Notes: generated from the letters alone by a model not told the origin. Positions 9,993 to 20,365 are shown, numbered from the stretch's first letter. The stretch is DNA of 36,164 nt from Bacteroidota bacterium (GCA_039196145.1 JBCCUY010000001.1:1-36164); one strand, 5' to 3'. Numbers and translations are program-made.

Positions 9993-11041
9993 TTTGTTTT
10001 CTAATTTTATTCCTTACTACCTCCTTTTTCATGCAGGCCCAGGTAAATCCGCTACAAGTATTTGAAAAAGATAGTGTAAAACCTGGATTTAGAGTGGTCA
10101 AAATTAAAGATGTAAAACTCAAGTACCTTACGAGGAGTGCTAAGCTTACCGATCCAAGAACACCTTTGAACCGGGTTAAGCCGCTCTTAAAAAAGTATAA
10201 AAAATTCGTTCCGCAATCTTTTTGGACCAAGACCAATGAGTTTGGAATGAATATTAACGAGGTTGCATTTGTAAATTGGAATGCGGGGGGGGACAATTCG
10301 GTTTCCGCCTTGGCCAATGCCAGGTTTACCCGAAATTACAAATTCAGGTATCTTAATTGGAACAATGAACTACGACTTCGCTACGGATTGAATGCACAGG
10401 AAGGGCGACAGCTTAGAAAAACGGATGATCAAATCCGAATTGCCTCGACCATTGGTTTCAGAAAGGACACCATCACCAACTGGTACTATTCTGTAAAGGC
10501 CAATTTCAATACCCAGTTTTCCAATGGTTTTAAATATCCTGATAGGGATACGCCCATATCCCGGTTTATGTCGCCGGGTTATCTTTTCCTTGGTGCAGGA
10601 ACCTCCTATATTCCCGAAGGGAAAAATTTCAATCTTTACATTTCCCCCATTACGCAAAAAGCAACTTTTGTACTGGATGAGGACCTATCGGACCAAGGCG
10701 CCTTTGGGGTGGATGCCGGCGACCATTTGTTTATGGAACTCGGTTTTTTGATCACCAATACCTGGGAAAAAGAAGTGCTCAAAAATATTCTTATGAACCA
10801 TCGGATAAGTCTGTATACGGACTATCTGTTAAGTTTCGGAAATGTTGATATTGACTGGGAACTCAACTTCAATCTAAAGGTAAACAAGTACATACAGACC
10901 AATATTGGCACACATATCATTTACGATGATGATATAAAGTTTGATGAATTGGTTGCGGATGATGGAACTGTTTTGGACCCCGGAGGGGCAAGGGTTCAGT
11001 TCAAACAACTGCTGGGTGTTGGTCTTACTTATGCCTTTTAA
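9983..11041 (+). CDS. DUF3078 family protein (probable outer-membrane beta-barrel)
   Basis: Signal peptide; NWNAGG, RKTDD and F.TQF..G motifs; C-terminal GLTYAF. Confidence 0.8.
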   Translation: MRLICFLILFLTTSFFMQAQVNPLQVFEKDSVKPGFRVVKIKDVKLKYLTRSAKLTDPRTPLNRVKPLLKKYKKFVPQSFWTKTNEFGMNINEVAFVNWNAGGDNSVSALANARFTRNYKFRYLNWNNELRLRYGLNAQEGRQLRKTDDQIRIASTIGFRKDTITNWYYSVKANFNTQFSNGFKYPDRDTPISRFMSPGYLFLGAGTSYIPEGKNFNLYISPITQKATFVLDEDLSDQGAFGVDAGDHLFMELGFLITNTWEKEVLKNILMNHRISLYTDYLLSFGNVDIDWELNFNLKVNKYIQTNIGTHIIYDDDIKFDELVADDGTVLDPGGARVQFKQLLGVGLTYAF

Positions 11042-12396
11042 AGCTGCTTGCCCATAAGTTTGTTGTGGATATGCACTGCCGCACTGTCCGATAAACTGGC
11101 CACAAAACAGCAGGTATCCAGCAGGATTTTATATACGGAATGCTGATGGTTTCTATAGGTTTCCGGAAGGCTTTTGACCAGCAACCGGTCATAATTGGTC
11201 GCACTTCCCTCCTTACTATGGATCAGCGCCTGGGTATAGGCATCCAAGATGTCCGAAATGATTTTGTAGCCTGCAATTTCCTTGTCGATGACCTCGGTGG
11301 ACTGGTATACTTTTTCCACACTCAACTTTATAATATCATCTATTTGGGCCTTATACTTCCCGCGATCCAGCAAAGCGGTATCAAACTCCCCTTTTAAAAT
11401 TTCCGACTCGTGATTTTCAAACACTTCTGCTGCATCCCTAATTAAAGTGTTGATGGCCAAGGCCCTCAAGTAGCTCAAGCGATCACTGGAACTGCTCATG
11501 GTATTGTATTTCTTCGTATTGATGTTGTCCTTCACCAAATTGATCAAATATTCTAGTGCATATTCCTCTGGAATCAGACCAAGGTTGATACCATCCTCAA
11601 AGTCGATGATGGTATAACAGATATCATCAGCAGCTTCCACCAAATAGGTCAATGGATGTCTTAGAAATCCAACCCCAGGGTTATTTTTGTTCTTGACCAG
11701 ACCAATCTCCTCTACCACCTCCATAAAGAACCCCTTTTCGGACTGAAAGAATCCAAACTTCTTGTCTGCAATATGTTTTGATGGTTTTTTTGGCAAGGAG
11801 GCTTTAGGATACTTCATAAAGGCCCCCAAAGTGGCATAGCTCAACCGAAGTCCTCCAGGAACTCCTTCCCTCGATTCAGTCAAGAGTTTAAATCCATTTG
11901 CATTTCCTTCAAAATCTACCAAATCCTGGTACTCTTCTGGAGAAAGCATGGGCTTATAGTGTTTACCATCGCCTTGCGCAAAGTAGTTCCCAATCGACTT
12001 CTCCCCACTATGGCCAAAAGGAGGGTTTCCGATATCATGTGCAAGCGCTGCGGCCGCCACAATGGCTCCAAAATCATTGAATTGATACCCATGAACCTCC
12101 TGCAAGGATGGATACTTGGCTAATATCTGCTGCCCGGCCACCCGACCCAAACTGCGGCCAACAACGGAAACTTCCAAGCTATGGGTAAGGCGGGTGTGCA
12201 CAAAGTTCTTTTTAGAGCCTACACTTATGGGCATAGGAACCACCTGTGTTTTATCCTGCAGACTTCTAAAAGCGGATGAAAAAATAATACGGTCATAATC
12301 CACTTCGAACCCCAGTCGGGTCTCCACCTGCTCCTTCCGTAAGCGTTTGTGGGTATCACCTTGTCTTTTAAGGGAAAGTAAGCGCTCCCATTCCAT
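11038..12396 (-). CDS. dgt: dGTP triphosphohydrolase (HD superfamily)
   Basis: LQDKTQV, HTRLTHSLEV, HDIGNPPFGH, EGNANG and EAADDICY motifs; start placed at MEWERLL (12396). Confidence 0.92.
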   Translation of the reverse strand: MEWERLLSLKRQGDTHKRLRKEQVETRLGFEVDYDRIIFSSAFRSLQDKTQVVPMPISVGSKKNFVHTRLTHSLEVSVVGRSLGRVAGQQILAKYPSLQEVHGYQFNDFGAIVAAAALAHDIGNPPFGHSGEKSIGNYFAQGDGKHYKPMLSPEEYQDLVDFEGNANGFKLLTESREGVPGGLRLSYATLGAFMKYPKASLPKKPSKHIADKKFGFFQSEKGFFMEVVEEIGLVKNKNNPGVGFLRHPLTYLVEAADDICYTIIDFEDGINLGLIPEEYALEYLINLVKDNINTKKYNTMSSSSDRLSYLRALAINTLIRDAAEVFENHESEILKGEFDTALLDRGKYKAQIDDIIKLSVEKVYQSTEVIDKEIAGYKIISDILDAYTQALIHSKEGSATNYDRLLVKSLPETYRNHQHSVYKILLDTCCFVASLSDSAAVHIHNKLMGKQL

Positions 12397-12484
12397 GCAC
12401 ATCGTTATTTTGGGCGAAGATATGTCAAAAGATAAATTCCACTTCCCCCAACCTAAAATAATCGCTTTGTTCATGCATAATTTC

Positions 12485-12502
12485 GTAACATTTTATTAAC
12501 CT
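12485..12502 (+). promoter_or_regulatory. Candidate Pho-box-like direct repeat
   Basis: GTAACAT and TTAACCT with 11-bp period, upstream of imperfect -7 CATTTTTG (12522-12529) and the phosphate transporter. Confidence 0.4.
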
Positions 12503-12546
12503 TGTTGCGAATTTATAGTGGCATTTTTGCCATATTTCAATAAACC

Positions 12547-14826
12547 ATGGGGGAGAACATCTACATTTTTATGGTTGTTGCCTTGGCTATTTTGGCAATC
12601 ACCGATTTGGTAGTGGGGGTAAGTAATGATGCAGTAAACTTTTTGAACTCGGCAATAGGGTCCAAAGCTATTTCCTTTAAAACTATTATGATTATTGCCA
12701 GTGTTGGTATCGCTTTTGGAGCGATGTCCTCCAGTGGTATGATGGAAGTGGCCCGAAAGGGTATCTTTAATCCCGGCGAGTTCGTATTTGAAGAAATCAT
12801 GTTCATCTTCATGGCGGTCATGATTACCGACATTCTGTTGTTGGATTTCTTCAACACTTTGGGAATGCCAACCTCAACCACAGTCTCCATTGTATTTGAA
12901 CTTTTGGGGGCTTCCGTGGCCATTTCACTGGTTAAAATTCTCAAACTGGATGGTGGTTTTTCCGATTTGGGAGCCTATATCAATACAGATAAGGCTGCCG
13001 AAATCATCTTCGGGATCCTCCTTTCAGTCTTCATTGCATTTACCATTGGCGCAATAGTTCAGTTCATATCCAGATTGCTTATTTCCTTTGATTATAAGGA
13101 CAAATCCAAATGGGTGGAATCTATTTTTGGGGGACTTGCCATTACTGCTATCATTTATTTTATCCTAATCAAAGGATTAAAGAGTGCTGCTCTTTTTGAT
13201 GGTGCCGTTTCCGAATTTGTGGCCACACAACCTGTGCTTTTTGTCCTTGGGAATGTGGTTTTTTGGATTTTGGTTTCCTGGGTAACAGCTAGTGTTTTAA
13301 AATGGAATATTTACCGTGGGGTCATTGCATTCGGAACTTTTGCTTTGGCCATGGCCTTCGCCGGAAACGATTTGGTTAATTTCATTGGTGTCCCTATAGC
13401 GGCCTTGCAATCGTTCCAAGATTGGCAAGCATCAGGAATTGCCGCTGCTGAATTCAACATGCAGGGACTTTCAGCTGCTGTGCAGACACCGACACTCCTA
13501 CTATTGCTGTCAGGCGGAATTATGGTCATCACCCTTTGGTTTTCCAGTAAGGCCAAGAGCGTTGTAAAAACCAGTGTTGACTTGGCTAGACAAGATGAAG
13601 GCGATGAACGTTTCCAACCCAATTATCTTTCAAGACAAGTGGTTAAACTCAGTATTGCCGCCTTTGAAAATTTGTCCAAGGTCATACCGCCCTCTGTTCA
13701 GCGAGCAGTGGACAAGCAATTTGTAGTTCCGTACACCTATGTCCCAAAAAGCAAAGTCCAGGATATGCCCGCTTTTGATATGGTAAGGGCCTCCGTTAAC
13801 CTCATGGTGGCCAGCGTTCTTATCTCCATAGCCACCAGTATGAAGCTTCCGTTATCCACAACCTATGTTACCTTTATGGTGGCGATGGGAACCTCATTGG
13901 CAGATCGCGCCTGGGGAGCGGAAAGTGCAGTATATAGGGTAGCTGGGGTTCTCAACGTAATTGGAGGCTGGTTCTTTACGGCCTTAAGTGCCTTTGTAGC
14001 CGCAGCGATCATTGCTTACATATTACATATCGGAAGGTTTACGGGCATGCTATTATTGCTTGTTTTTGCCGCCGTGGTATTACTTCGGAACTATATGTCG
14101 CATAACCGAAAGACCAAGGTGATCAAAGCCGAGGACAGTTTGCGTAGGGCCGAAAGCAGTTCCATTCAGGGAGTGATCGAGGAAAGTGCGGACAACATTG
14201 GGAACATGATCAAAAGAAGTAACCGCATCTATACAAATTCCATTAATGGACTGGCCCGTCATGATATCGAAACACTTCGCAAAAACAAGAAAGGTGTCAA
14301 TAAAATGTCCAATGAAATAGAAGACTTGAAAAACAATATTTTCTATTTCATTAAGAACTTAGACGAATCCAGTGTTGGTGGTGCAAGTAACTTCTACATT
14401 AGTCTTCTTGGGCTGCTCCAAGATCTTTCTCAATCGTTGGAATATGTATCCACCCTTGGGTACAAACACGTACACAACAACCACAAGAAGCTAAAGTATA
14501 CCCAAATTAAGGAACTAAAGGAGTTGGACACGACACTTGAACAGCTTTTCCAGAGTACCCAGGAAATTTTCCAGAACCGGAGTTTTGAAAAAATCCAAGC
14601 TATTCTTACCCGAAAACAAGAACTTTTTGATTTGGTTTCAGATAAGATAGAAAAGCAGGTGGCGCGGACCCGAACCGAAGAGTCAAGTCCAAAAAACACA
14701 ACCTTATACTTCTCTTTCCTAACGGAAACCAAGGATCTTATCAAGTCGACCCTCAAACTACTGGAGCTATATTATACCGAGCACGATAGTACCGTGGAAC
14801 CTGCCCGTATTCCTAAATCCAATTAA
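12547..14826 (+). CDS. Inorganic phosphate transporter (PiT/PHO4) with C-terminal soluble helical (PhoU-like) domain
   Basis: Duplicated PiT signatures GVSNDAVN/GMPTSTT and FAGNDLVN/LPLSTT; ~240-aa hydrophilic helical tail. Confidence 0.88.
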   Translation: MGENIYIFMVVALAILAITDLVVGVSNDAVNFLNSAIGSKAISFKTIMIIASVGIAFGAMSSSGMMEVARKGIFNPGEFVFEEIMFIFMAVMITDILLLDFFNTLGMPTSTTVSIVFELLGASVAISLVKILKLDGGFSDLGAYINTDKAAEIIFGILLSVFIAFTIGAIVQFISRLLISFDYKDKSKWVESIFGGLAITAIIYFILIKGLKSAALFDGAVSEFVATQPVLFVLGNVVFWILVSWVTASVLKWNIYRGVIAFGTFALAMAFAGNDLVNFIGVPIAALQSFQDWQASGIAAAEFNMQGLSAAVQTPTLLLLLSGGIMVITLWFSSKAKSVVKTSVDLARQDEGDERFQPNYLSRQVVKLSIAAFENLSKVIPPSVQRAVDKQFVVPYTYVPKSKVQDMPAFDMVRASVNLMVASVLISIATSMKLPLSTTYVTFMVAMGTSLADRAWGAESAVYRVAGVLNVIGGWFFTALSAFVAAAIIAYILHIGRFTGMLLLLVFAAVVLLRNYMSHNRKTKVIKAEDSLRRAESSSIQGVIEESADNIGNMIKRSNRIYTNSINGLARHDIETLRKNKKGVNKMSNEIEDLKNNIFYFIKNLDESSVGGASNFYISLLGLLQDLSQSLEYVSTLGYKHVHNNHKKLKYTQIKELKELDTTLEQLFQSTQEIFQNRSFEKIQAILTRKQELFDLVSDKIEKQVARTRTEESSPKNTTLYFSFLTETKDLIKSTLKLLELYYTEHDSTVEPARIPKSN

Positions 14827-14831
14827 GTCGT

Positions 14832-15536
14832 ATGCGAATTCTAACCGTTCTTTTATCTTTTTTCTGTTTCAGCGGCCTTTATGCCCAATCCCCTTCAGCC
14901 GAAGAGGTGCTTAACAAGGCCATAGCATTCCATGACCCTGGTCAAAACTGGGGTAGCTTCAAAGGAACATTTGACATCAGAATGGAAACACCAAATGCTG
15001 CGGATCGCCTTAGCAAAATTCAAATGGACTTCCCAAAAAGAACCTTTACTTTGCGTGTGAAACAAGATGGGGCGGCTTACACTTATTCCTTTGTTGGTGA
15101 CTCCTGCACCACCCGACTTAATGGTTCTGCCTCCATTTCGGACAAGGACCGAGAAGCGTACCGTTTAACTTGTGAACGGGGCAAGATGATGCAAAACTAC
15201 TACACTTATTTGTATGGTTTACCCATGAAAATAAAAGACCCGGGCAGTAACCTTGACCCGAGGGTTCAGACCAAAACTTTTAAGGGAAAGGAATACCTTG
15301 TTTTAAAGGTGACGTATGATGAAAAGGTTGGAGATGATGTTTGGTATTTCTATTTTGACCCCAAGACTTATGCCCTGGAGGTATACCAGTTCTATCATGA
15401 TGAAAGCAAAGGCGATGGGGAATATATACTTTTAAAGGATTTGGAAGAAGTCAATGGCATTAAAATGCCTAAAATCAGGGCCTGGTACTATAACAAAGAT
15501 GATAAATATCTTGGAACTGATTTTCTAGGGGATTAG
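14832..15536 (+). CDS. Exported protein, DUF6503-like
   Basis: Signal peptide LYA-Q; KAIAFHD and YYTYLYGLPMK segments recalled from this family. Confidence 0.65.
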   Translation: MRILTVLLSFFCFSGLYAQSPSAEEVLNKAIAFHDPGQNWGSFKGTFDIRMETPNAADRLSKIQMDFPKRTFTLRVKQDGAAYTYSFVGDSCTTRLNGSASISDKDREAYRLTCERGKMMQNYYTYLYGLPMKIKDPGSNLDPRVQTKTFKGKEYLVLKVTYDEKVGDDVWYFYFDPKTYALEVYQFYHDESKGDGEYILLKDLEEVNGIKMPKIRAWYYNKDDKYLGTDFLGD

Positions 15537-15538
15537 TT

Positions 15539-16123
15539 TTACCGATAAAAATTCATCTCGTCCATATAGACCCAAACAGTTTCGGGTAGTAAGGGTCTAA
15601 CGTTTTTCCCCTCCTTGTGGGCTTTGCGAATGAATGTGGAAGAAACTTCCATTATAGGTGCTTCTATTCGATGGATTTTGGGATGATTCCCAAACCGATG
15701 TACTACCTCACCCTCAGATATTCTAGGATATACATAAATATTATGGAGTTCCAAGATGGCCTCATAGTTCTTCCACTTGTGAAAACCCTTTAAATTATCC
15801 TCACCCATAATCAAGGAGAATTGATATTCCTTCCCATATTCTTCTCCCAAATGTACCAGGGTATCAATGGTGTAATTGGGTTGGGGCAAATCAAACTCGA
15901 TTTTACTGGGCTTTAGTTTGGGATAGTCCTTAACCGCCTCAAATACCATTTGATAGCGATGGTGATCATCCAAAAGTGATTGCTTGGTCTTAAAAGGGCT
16001 TTGTGGGGTAATCACAAACCAAACCTCATCAAGGTCCGAAAACTCAACCATATGGTTGGCAATGGCCAAATGGCCAATATGAATTGGGTTGAAGGTGCCG
16101 AAATAAAGCCCCACTTGTTTCAT
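15539..16123 (-). CDS. nadD: Nicotinate-nucleotide adenylyltransferase
   Basis: GTFNPIHIGH, YTIDTL, IMGEDN and VSSTFIR motifs. Confidence 0.96.
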   Translation of the reverse strand: MKQVGLYFGTFNPIHIGHLAIANHMVEFSDLDEVWFVITPQSPFKTKQSLLDDHHRYQMVFEAVKDYPKLKPSKIEFDLPQPNYTIDTLVHLGEEYGKEYQFSLIMGEDNLKGFHKWKNYEAILELHNIYVYPRISEGEVVHRFGNHPKIHRIEAPIMEVSSTFIRKAHKEGKNVRPLLPETVWVYMDEMNFYR

Positions 16124-16126
16124 ATC

Positions 16127-16720
16127 CTATTTCGCCTTAGGGATATCCGTCCCAACAAAATCTGCCACCAATTTATGCGCTTCTTCCAAGGCCACCTCAA
16201 GGTCGTAGTTTTTGATCACCTTATCAAATTGTGGGGCGGTTGCCAGTTCAACAGAAGCTTTGGCTACCCGCATATTGATTTTATCGTCGCTCTCCGTACT
16301 CCTTTTTTTCAATCTGATTTTAAGTTCATCTACGCTGGGAGGCTTTACAAAAACGGCAAGTGTCTCCACTGGAAATTTCTTCTTGATCCGAAGACCGCCC
16401 ACCACATCAATATCAAAAATGACGTTCTTGCCCTCGGCCCATAATCGCTCCACTTCACTGTTCAACGTTCCATAAAAGTTATCACGATAAACCTCTTCCC
16501 ATTCCAAAAAATCACCACTTTTAATATGCTTTTTAAACTCTGGAATGGACATAAAATAATAATTGACCCCGTCTCGCTCCTCTCCCCTTCGTTGTCTTGA
16601 GGTGGCCGAAACGGAAAAAGCCAAATTAAGTTCAGGTTGCTTTAACAGATGCCGAACAATAGTGGTTTTACCGCTCCCTGAAGGGGCTGAAAAAATAATG
16701 AGCTTCCCTCCTTTTTTCAT
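16127..16720 (-). CDS. gmk: Guanylate kinase
   Basis: P-loop APSGSGKT, SATSR..R.GE, DGVNYYF, YGT. Confidence 0.96.
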   Translation of the reverse strand: MKKGGKLIIFSAPSGSGKTTIVRHLLKQPELNLAFSVSATSRQRRGEERDGVNYYFMSIPEFKKHIKSGDFLEWEEVYRDNFYGTLNSEVERLWAEGKNVIFDIDVVGGLRIKKKFPVETLAVFVKPPSVDELKIRLKKRSTESDDKINMRVAKASVELATAPQFDKVIKNYDLEVALEEAHKLVADFVGTDIPKAK

Positions 16721-17574
16721 AAAACATTCAGCATTTGTTCCTTAATTTTCTCCAGCTCATCTTTCATCTGCACTACCAATTGCTGCATTGGGGCATAGTT
16801 GGCCTTGGAACCAATGGTATTGATTTCCCTCCCAATTTCCTGGGCAATAAAACCCAATTTTTTTCCATTGGAATCTTTGGATTTCAGGGTGGTCTGGAAA
16901 TATTTCAAATGGTTGTCCAAGCGCACTTTTTCCTCCGTGATATCGTACTTCTCCAAATAATAGATCAATTCCTGTTCAAATCGGTTTGCATCCGCCTCGA
17001 CCTTAAGGTCTGCCACGGCCTTTTCCAAACGTTCACGAACCGTATGCAAACGTTCTGGGTCCATAATCCTTACTTTTTCCAATAAACCACCTAGGCTGGA
17101 AAGACGTGACATAAAATCCCGTTCAAGGGTATTTCCTTCCTCACTGCGGAATTTTTTGATTTCGCTCAAGGCCTCTTTTACCGCAGCAGTTATGGCACCA
17201 TATTCCGCAGCATCTATGTCGTTTTTGTCCGTTTTCATGGTATCGGGCATTCTAAGGGCAAGTTCAAGGAGCTTAATGTCCTCGCCTTTGGCAATACCCG
17301 CCAATTGCTTCATATACTTTTTAACCACGCCCTGGTTCACTTCTGCTGTGGTTTCCTCGCCTGTTATTTCAACATAGAGTCCAAAGTCGACCTTGCCCCT
17401 TACCAGGGTATCGGCAATCATTTTGCGTAACTCCAATTCCTTCTCTCTATAGGATTGGGGAATTCTGGCATTTATATCCAGATTCTTGCTGTTGAGGGAT
17501 TTGATTTCAATGGTGATTTTTTTGGATGGAAGTTGCACCACGTGCTTTCCAAAACCAGTCATGGATTGAATCAT
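16717..17574 (-). CDS. yicC: YicC/YloC family endoribonuclease
   Basis: SMTGFG N-terminus, DITEE.VRL, QEIGREINTIGSK, EKIKEQ; adjacent to gmk as usual. Confidence 0.93.
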   Translation of the reverse strand: MIQSMTGFGKHVVQLPSKKITIEIKSLNSKNLDINARIPQSYREKELELRKMIADTLVRGKVDFGLYVEITGEETTAEVNQGVVKKYMKQLAGIAKGEDIKLLELALRMPDTMKTDKNDIDAAEYGAITAAVKEALSEIKKFRSEEGNTLERDFMSRLSSLGGLLEKVRIMDPERLHTVRERLEKAVADLKVEADANRFEQELIYYLEKYDITEEKVRLDNHLKYFQTTLKSKDSNGKKLGFIAQEIGREINTIGSKANYAPMQQLVVQMKDELEKIKEQMLNVL

Positions 17575-17594
17575 ATGGAATGATTAAATTTTGG

Positions 17595-17602
17595 CAAAGG
17601 TA
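17595..17602 (-). promoter_or_regulatory. -7 element (TACCTTTG) for yicC-gmk-nadD
   Basis: Exact TAnnTTTG on the minus strand 20 nt upstream of the yicC ATG. Confidence 0.7.
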
Positions 17603-17651
17603 ACCAAATTAGGATTTGGCCCCTTTCAATTCTAAACTGGGAAATGGATTC

Positions 17652-18410
17652 TTAATCCAGCTCCCGCACCCAAATATTTCTATAGCTGACCCTGCTATTG
17701 TCCCTATGATCTTGGAGTATCAAAGGCCGTTTTCCATGAGGTTGGTATGTTGACCAACCGATATATTCCGAAGGGCCTTCTACCTCAAAATGGTCTTGGA
17801 TCAGGACTCCGTTATGTAACACCGTTATGGTGGCGGGTTTTTTCAGGTTACCTCCCCTACTAAACCTAGGTGCATGGTAAATTACATCGTACGTATTCCA
17901 TTCTCCTGATGGTACTGAAGCCATGGCCAAAGGAACGGATTGCTTATAAATGGATCCCACTTGCCCGTTGACATAGGTGTTGTTGTCGTTATTGTCCAGA
18001 ACTTGGATTTCGTAAAGTCCTTGTAGAAAAACACCGCTATTGGCCCTATTCTGTCCAGACATTTGGACTTCTGCGGGAGACCTCCACTCAATATGGAGCT
18101 GAATGCTTCCAAAAGCCTGTTTGGTCTCAATATTACCCGTCTTATCCTTTACGGTCATACTACCATCCTGGTTAAGATGCCATTTCGCCGCCGTACTGTC
18201 GGCACTACTTCTCCAGGCATCCAGACTGGAGCCATCAAAAAGGACAATGGCATCACTTGGTGGTGCACCATTGCTGCCAGGGACCACTTTTGGAGGAACC
18301 GGTTCATAAACTTCTGTAGCTTCTGGATTTGTAGGTTCCACTTCCTGGGCGTACAAACCTATACCAAGGCACAACATAGCGGCCAGAAAAAGGGTTGTTC
18401 TTCTCCTCAT
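17652..18410 (-). CDS. DUF1080 (3keto-disac_hyd) family protein, secreted
   Basis: Signal peptide; PPSDAIVLFDG, LHIEW, NSGVF, YEIQVLD, LQDH and YRNIW motifs. Confidence 0.9.
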   Translation of the reverse strand: MRRRTTLFLAAMLCLGIGLYAQEVEPTNPEATEVYEPVPPKVVPGSNGAPPSDAIVLFDGSSLDAWRSSADSTAAKWHLNQDGSMTVKDKTGNIETKQAFGSIQLHIEWRSPAEVQMSGQNRANSGVFLQGLYEIQVLDNNDNNTYVNGQVGSIYKQSVPLAMASVPSGEWNTYDVIYHAPRFSRGGNLKKPATITVLHNGVLIQDHFEVEGPSEYIGWSTYQPHGKRPLILQDHRDNSRVSYRNIWVRELD

Positions 18411-18412
18411 AT

Positions 18413-19174
18413 TTAAAGTTGCTTGATTTTAATATTTCTATAGGCCACTACATCACCATGGTCCTGCAGTCCAATATTTCCTGTTTGGTATGCACCGAAA
18501 CCTTCCCAATCTGCAAATTTGGAATTGGCTACCATTTCGTCCCAAGCCTCACCGTGAACTGGAAAGTCAACAATTCTTTTTCCGTTCAAAATCACATGGC
18601 CAACATTTGTCTCGTGATTGACCATAATTTCAACCAGGTTCCATTCCCCAGCAGGTTTAACGGCTTTCTCACTAGGCGCTACCATATCGTATAGGGCTCC
18701 GGCCTGGTGCGTTGTCCCGTTTTTTGCATCTGGATGACCCTCATCGTCCAATACTTGGATTTCAGGACCAGTGAGGTAAGGTTGCCCAAATTTTTCATCC
18801 TCATGGACACCCCAAAAAATTCCGCTGTTTCCATTGGCGGCAATCTTCCATTCCAAGGACAGCACAAAATTTGTAAATGTTTTGTCGGTGACTATATTAT
18901 AGCTGACTCCCTCGGGTTTTTCTTCCGGAGGATAAAAAACCATGGCCCCATCTTCAAGTTTCCACGGTTCGGAGACACCTTCTCCGTTGTAGAAATGCCA
19001 CCCGTCAAATGAGGTACCATCAAACAAAACCGTCCATTGTTCCTGCTCTGAAACTGGCGGCTGAACCTCTTCAGTTGTCGAAAGCGAATCGGAATCCACT
19101 TCTTCTGACTTCGATTCCTTTCCGCGACATGCAAAAACTGCAATCGCCAAAACCAGCAATCCTATTTTTTTCAT
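18413..19174 (-). CDS. DUF1080 (3keto-disac_hyd) family lipoprotein
   Basis: Lipobox VFAC; LFDG, LEWK, GNSGIF, EIQVLD, GALYD, LQDHG and YRNIKIK motifs. Confidence 0.9.
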   Translation of the reverse strand: MKKIGLLVLAIAVFACRGKESKSEEVDSDSLSTTEEVQPPVSEQEQWTVLFDGTSFDGWHFYNGEGVSEPWKLEDGAMVFYPPEEKPEGVSYNIVTDKTFTNFVLSLEWKIAANGNSGIFWGVHEDEKFGQPYLTGPEIQVLDDEGHPDAKNGTTHQAGALYDMVAPSEKAVKPAGEWNLVEIMVNHETNVGHVILNGKRIVDFPVHGEAWDEMVANSKFADWEGFGAYQTGNIGLQDHGDVVAYRNIKIKQL

Positions 19175-20223
19175 AATCCCAATATTTTTTTCAGTTTTTC
19201 TTCATCGGTTGCCGCTCCCGCAAAATCATCAAAGGTCTTGGTGGTTGCCTCGATAATATGATCCTGGATAAACTTGGCCCCTTCCCTGGCACCCTGTTCC
19301 GGACTCTTGATGCAGCATTCCCATTCCATAACAGCCCATACATCACACCCGTATTGGGTAAGTTTGGAAAAGATGGTTTTAAAGTCGATTTGTCCATCCC
19401 CAAGCGAACGGTAGCGACCTGCCCGATCTCCCCAATCGTTATAGCCTCCAAAAGCACCTTTCTTTCCGGTTGGGTTAAACTCTGAGTCTTTGACATGGAA
19501 GGATTTGATAAACTCATGGTAGTGGTCTATGTAAGTAATGTAATCCAGTTGTTGGAGCACAAAATGACTTGGGTCGTACAAGATATTTACCCTCTTATGA
19601 TTACCGGTAGCTTCCAAAAAGCGCTCAAATGTATCCCCGTCATGAAGATCTTCCCCTGGGTGGATCTCATAGCACACATCTACGCCTTCCTCGTCAAAAT
19701 GGTTCAAAATAGGCATCCACCTATTGGCCAGTTCCTCAAAGCCCAATTCTACCAGACCAGGAGGTCTTTGCGGCCACGGATGTGCAGTATGCCAAAGCAA
19801 TGAACCTGAAAAAGTGGCATGGGCGCTAATTTCCAATCTTCTACTGGCCGTTGCCGCCTTTTTAACCGTTTCCGCGGCCCATTTGGTCCGTGCCTTTGGA
19901 TTATTTTTCACAGCCTCCGGTGCAAAATTATCGAACATAATATCATAGGCAGGGTGCACGGCTACCAGTTGCCCTTGCAAATGCGTTGACAGCTCGGTTA
20001 TCTCGAGACCATAGGAGTTGATTTTTCCTTTAAGTTCATCGCAATAATCCTGGCTTTCAGCAGCCTTATCCAAATCAATAAGAAACGACTCCCAAGTAGG
20101 AATCTGAATACCCTTATACCCTAAATCGGAAGCCCATTTACAAAGCCCATCGAGGGAGTTGAACGGGGGTTGGCTATCTACAAATTGTGCCAAAAAAACG
20201 GCAGGTCCTTTAATTGTTTTCAT
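19171..20223 (-). CDS. Sugar phosphate isomerase/epimerase-family TIM barrel (AP_endonuc_2), cytoplasmic
   Basis: Metal ligands YEIHP, YDPSH, FHVKD and MEWE; no signal peptide. Confidence 0.88.
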   Translation of the reverse strand: MKTIKGPAVFLAQFVDSQPPFNSLDGLCKWASDLGYKGIQIPTWESFLIDLDKAAESQDYCDELKGKINSYGLEITELSTHLQGQLVAVHPAYDIMFDNFAPEAVKNNPKARTKWAAETVKKAATASRRLEISAHATFSGSLLWHTAHPWPQRPPGLVELGFEELANRWMPILNHFDEEGVDVCYEIHPGEDLHDGDTFERFLEATGNHKRVNILYDPSHFVLQQLDYITYIDHYHEFIKSFHVKDSEFNPTGKKGAFGGYNDWGDRAGRYRSLGDGQIDFKTIFSKLTQYGCDVWAVMEWECCIKSPEQGAREGAKFIQDHIIEATTKTFDDFAGAATDEEKLKKILGL

Positions 20224-20245
20224 TCAATGTGATTTACTAACTCTT

Positions 20246-20274
20246 GATAAATCCGTAAAATTTTAGGATTTATC
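20246..20274. repeat. 29-bp near-perfect inverted repeat in the divergent intergenic region
   Basis: GATAAATCC-G-TAAAATTTTA-GGATTTATC, palindromic apart from one extra G. Confidence 0.7.
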
Positions 20275-20365
20275 GCCTATATTTAAGAAAAAATCAGGGA
20301 TGTTTTTATTTTCCCTTCGGGAGGTCATAAATATAGCGATAAGTAACAATTAAAATAACACAATT

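Noticed and set aside
11038-12396. dGTPase as an anti-phage defence gene
   Set aside because: Housekeeping neighbourhood; no defence or mobile genes nearby
12397-12474. N-terminal extensions in the ORF track for dgt (also dxs 8193, permease 26235, small protein 5177)
   Set aside because: They overlap promoters or neighbouring genes; downstream ATGs match family N-termini
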